From: an uncultured Candidatus Saccharibacteria bacterium
GTDB lineage: Bacteria; Patescibacteriota; CALEFQ01
DNA length: 37,348 nucleotides
Assembly (NCBI GenBank): GCA_964391305.1
Contig: CAYMJO010000001.1
Span: 24,194 to 61,541 of the forward strand
Direction: 5' to 3'
The notes under the pieces are model-generated. The model had not been told where the DNA came from. It saw nothing but the letters and a program-made list of their open reading frames with translations, and ran no database searches. The position numbers were made by a program, and so were the translations under genes. Below, piece by piece: positions 35,612 through 37,348 of this stretch (the first letter of the stretch is position 1; every line of letters starts with the position of its first letter).

Positions 35612-36169
35612 ATGGAAAGCATAGAAAATAAAAAATCAATTCTCAAATGGGAAATCTTCGGAATATTTGTTATAGTCTTCGCGGGAAGCGCACTGCATTT
35701 TGTCTTTGAATGGCTTGGAGAATGGCAACCGATCGCAATCATTGCCGCGGTGAACGAAAGTACATGGGAACATTTGAAGCTCGCGTTCTGGCCCGCGTTT
35801 ATCTTCGCGCTGGTATCTCATCCTTTCCTGAAAAACAAAACAAAGAATTTTTGCGAAGCAAAATTAGGAAGCTTTTATCTAATGCCTGCGGCAATCGTGG
35901 CATTTTTTTATTCGTATCTCATTATTCTCAAAGAAGACAATTTATTTTTTGATATCGGAATTTTCACGGCAGCCGTCATTATTGGACAAATTGCAAGCTA
36001 CAGAATAATGATCGCGGCGACATTCACAAAAATGACAAGGGCAATCTCAATATTTTTAATCATCGTGATACTCGCGGCATTTTCCCTGCTCACCTTTTTC
36101 CCTCCAAAATTTTTTCTATTCAAAGATCCCGTTACCGGCGGATATGGGATTGTCGAACATAAGAATTGA
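35612..36169 (+). CDS. Hypothetical 5-6 helix membrane protein (DUF6512-like)
   Basis: 185-aa hydrophobic ORF with ATG start. The AVNESTWEHLKLAFWP motif resembles DUF6512 proteins as I recall them. Confidence 0.5.
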   Translation: MESIENKKSILKWEIFGIFVIVFAGSALHFVFEWLGEWQPIAIIAAVNESTWEHLKLAFWPAFIFALVSHPFLKNKTKNFCEAKLGSFYLMPAAIVAFFYSYLIILKEDNLFFDIGIFTAAVIIGQIASYRIMIAATFTKMTRAISIFLIIVILAAFSLLTFFPPKFFLFKDPVTGGYGIVEHKN

Positions 36170-36194
36170 TTTTAAAAAAATAAAATCTTGCAAT

Positions 36195-36225
36195 CTAAAA
36201 AAATCCCAAATCGGGAATTTTTTAG
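36195..36225. terminator. Bidirectional terminator hairpin between convergent genes
   Basis: CTAAAAAAATCCC-AAATC-GGGAATTTTTTAG. 13-bp stem with one mismatch and A/T tracts on both sides. Confidence 0.5.
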
Positions 36226-36248
36226 ATTTTCATCAGAAAAAAGCCAAA

Positions 36249-37238
36249 TTATTCAAACATAGCTCTTATAAGATGCTTGGCAACGGGAAACGGTTTGCCT
36301 CTGTATGGGACTTCATGAATATCAAACGCCGGCACATTGTTGATCTCAATAACAGCAAAATCTTTGAATTCGCCGATATTTTGAGAAATCAAATCAACGG
36401 CACAGAGTCTAAGCTTTAAAATTTTGGCAACTTTCAAAGCAAGTTTTTTGTAGCTACCATGAACCTCATCAGTACATTCAAAAGAACGCCCGCCCGTGCT
36501 AATATTCGCATTTTTGCGCAACACTATTTTTTCACCATCAGGGATGACACTTGATTCAGAAAGTCCCTGCAAACGCAGATTCTCCGAAACCTCAAAATCT
36601 CTCAAAATGGGACAAAGGGGATAGTTATTACCGACACCCGGTCTAGAATTATAATCGCCAATAAGCCCGTCTATATTTTTAACACCGTCGCCGACAACAT
36701 ACGCCGGCTTGCGTAAAAGCACCGTCAAAACTTTGCCATCCAGAACCAAAAAACGATAATCGCCTCCGGAAATATAATTTTCAACGAGGAAAGAACCGGG
36801 CTTGCCTTTAGTTTTTCTATTAAATTCAAAAACTTCCTCTACAGCTTTCATGAATCTTTTTTTTTCTTTGATGTCGGCAGTCACGGCATTGCCCTGTGAA
36901 CCATCTTTCGGCTTCACAACCAACGGAAATTTCAGAACGCCTTTGTCAATCATTTCCAAAACAGGCGGCAAATCCAAAGCTTCAATACCATTCGGAACGG
37001 GAATTCCAAATTGGCTAAGAATCCTTTTAACTAAAGCTTTATCATTGACAACTTTTGAAGCAAGGTAACTATTGATATCGGGAACATGGTCTTGCACAAA
37101 AAAGCTTTTCCCGCCTTTTTGAAAAATATAAAGACTACATTTTTCATCAAAAGTTATAACCTTTACACCGGCTTTTTTGGCTTCTTTTAAAAGAAAATAA
37201 GTAGATGCCTTATCCCCAAAAAGTTTTTTATTTTTCAT
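36249..37238 (-). CDS. ATP-grasp ligase (RimK / cyanophycin-synthetase ATP-grasp-like)
   Basis: 329 aa. PLVVKPKDGSQGNAV (ATP-grasp B-loop region), VENYISGGDYRFLVLDGKV, NISTGG, and CAVDLI...VIEINNVP Mg-binding end. Confidence 0.7.
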   Translation of the reverse strand: MKNKKLFGDKASTYFLLKEAKKAGVKVITFDEKCSLYIFQKGGKSFFVQDHVPDINSYLASKVVNDKALVKRILSQFGIPVPNGIEALDLPPVLEMIDKGVLKFPLVVKPKDGSQGNAVTADIKEKKRFMKAVEEVFEFNRKTKGKPGSFLVENYISGGDYRFLVLDGKVLTVLLRKPAYVVGDGVKNIDGLIGDYNSRPGVGNNYPLCPILRDFEVSENLRLQGLSESSVIPDGEKIVLRKNANISTGGRSFECTDEVHGSYKKLALKVAKILKLRLCAVDLISQNIGEFKDFAVIEINNVPAFDIHEVPYRGKPFPVAKHLIRAMFE

Positions 37239-37348
37239 AAAAATTGACCTGTATTTAAAAAAAACACTTCAAAACAACCTTTTCTGAAAAAGCCGTTAAT
37301 TTACCTTTGAAGTGCAACACCCATGTATGATATTATTGGCAAAGCCAA

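Noticed and set aside
37239-37348. CACTTCAAA...TTTGAAGTG 9-bp inverted repeat with a loop of about 30 nt upstream of the ATP-grasp gene, considered as a possible riboswitch or leader. The ATP-grasp was also considered as a graspetide ligase.
   Set aside because: The repeat sits at the window edge with an incomplete view and no recognisable riboswitch core. No Thr/Ser/Asp/Glu-rich precursor ORF is visible beside the ATP-grasp gene.

Overview
AT-rich, very gene-dense bacterial chromosomal window with about 40 protein genes, all but two on the minus strand. No rRNA, tRNA or CRISPR array was seen. Small genes, near-absence of Shine-Dalgarno (SD) motifs and the gene content (membrane-fused spermidine-synthase-like protein, PolX, sulfhydrogenase-type electron-transfer subunits) suggest a Patescibacteria/CPR-like genome; this is inference only.

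Gene blocks:
(1) 71-7208: hypE-hypD-hypC and hydB/hydG-like Fe-S and flavin subunits. No hydrogenase catalytic subunits lie between them. That position holds an APH-like kinase, a radical-SAM/SPASM enzyme and an Mth938-like gene.
(2) 7208-9293: a RusA-like, HEAT-like and hypothetical gene segment bounded by 17-bp inverted repeats.
(3) 9295-18070: an envelope thiol-redox block with rhodanese, CcdA-like, Lgt, TlpA-like, an ABC-2 exporter, a DUF1858 CxxC protein plus Rrf2, DsbA-like and glutaredoxin-like genes.
(4) 18274-23341: PolX, NUDIX, a response regulator and a multi-PAS histidine kinase.
(5) 23778-30028: AbrB-like, GT39-like, YdjC-like, a large beta-propeller/FG-GAP surface protein and a lipoprotein.
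(6) 30326-35500: a csoR-led copper operon (DUF2318-like, PCYCGC-like, HMA/membrane/cupredoxin fusion, copA).
(7) 35612-37238: a membrane protein and an ATP-grasp enzyme.

Most interesting candidate: the radical-SAM/SPASM maturase has an RRE-like N-terminus and is followed by an unannotated 30-aa Cys/Ser-rich ORF ending in Tyr. This ORF has its own strong SD and overlaps the maturase stop. These are the only two canonical AGGAGG ribosome-binding sites I found among the starts inspected, so this looks like a horizontally acquired, uncharacterised RiPP-type cassette.

Other anomalies: a 14-nt GC-rich insertion (NcoI-NotI-NcoI) frameshifts the copA 3' end; a rhodanese ORF runs 368 nt out of frame into ccdA; a 27-31 bp perfect palindrome recurs in several intergenic regions.

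All functional calls rest on motifs read by eye. No database search was run.
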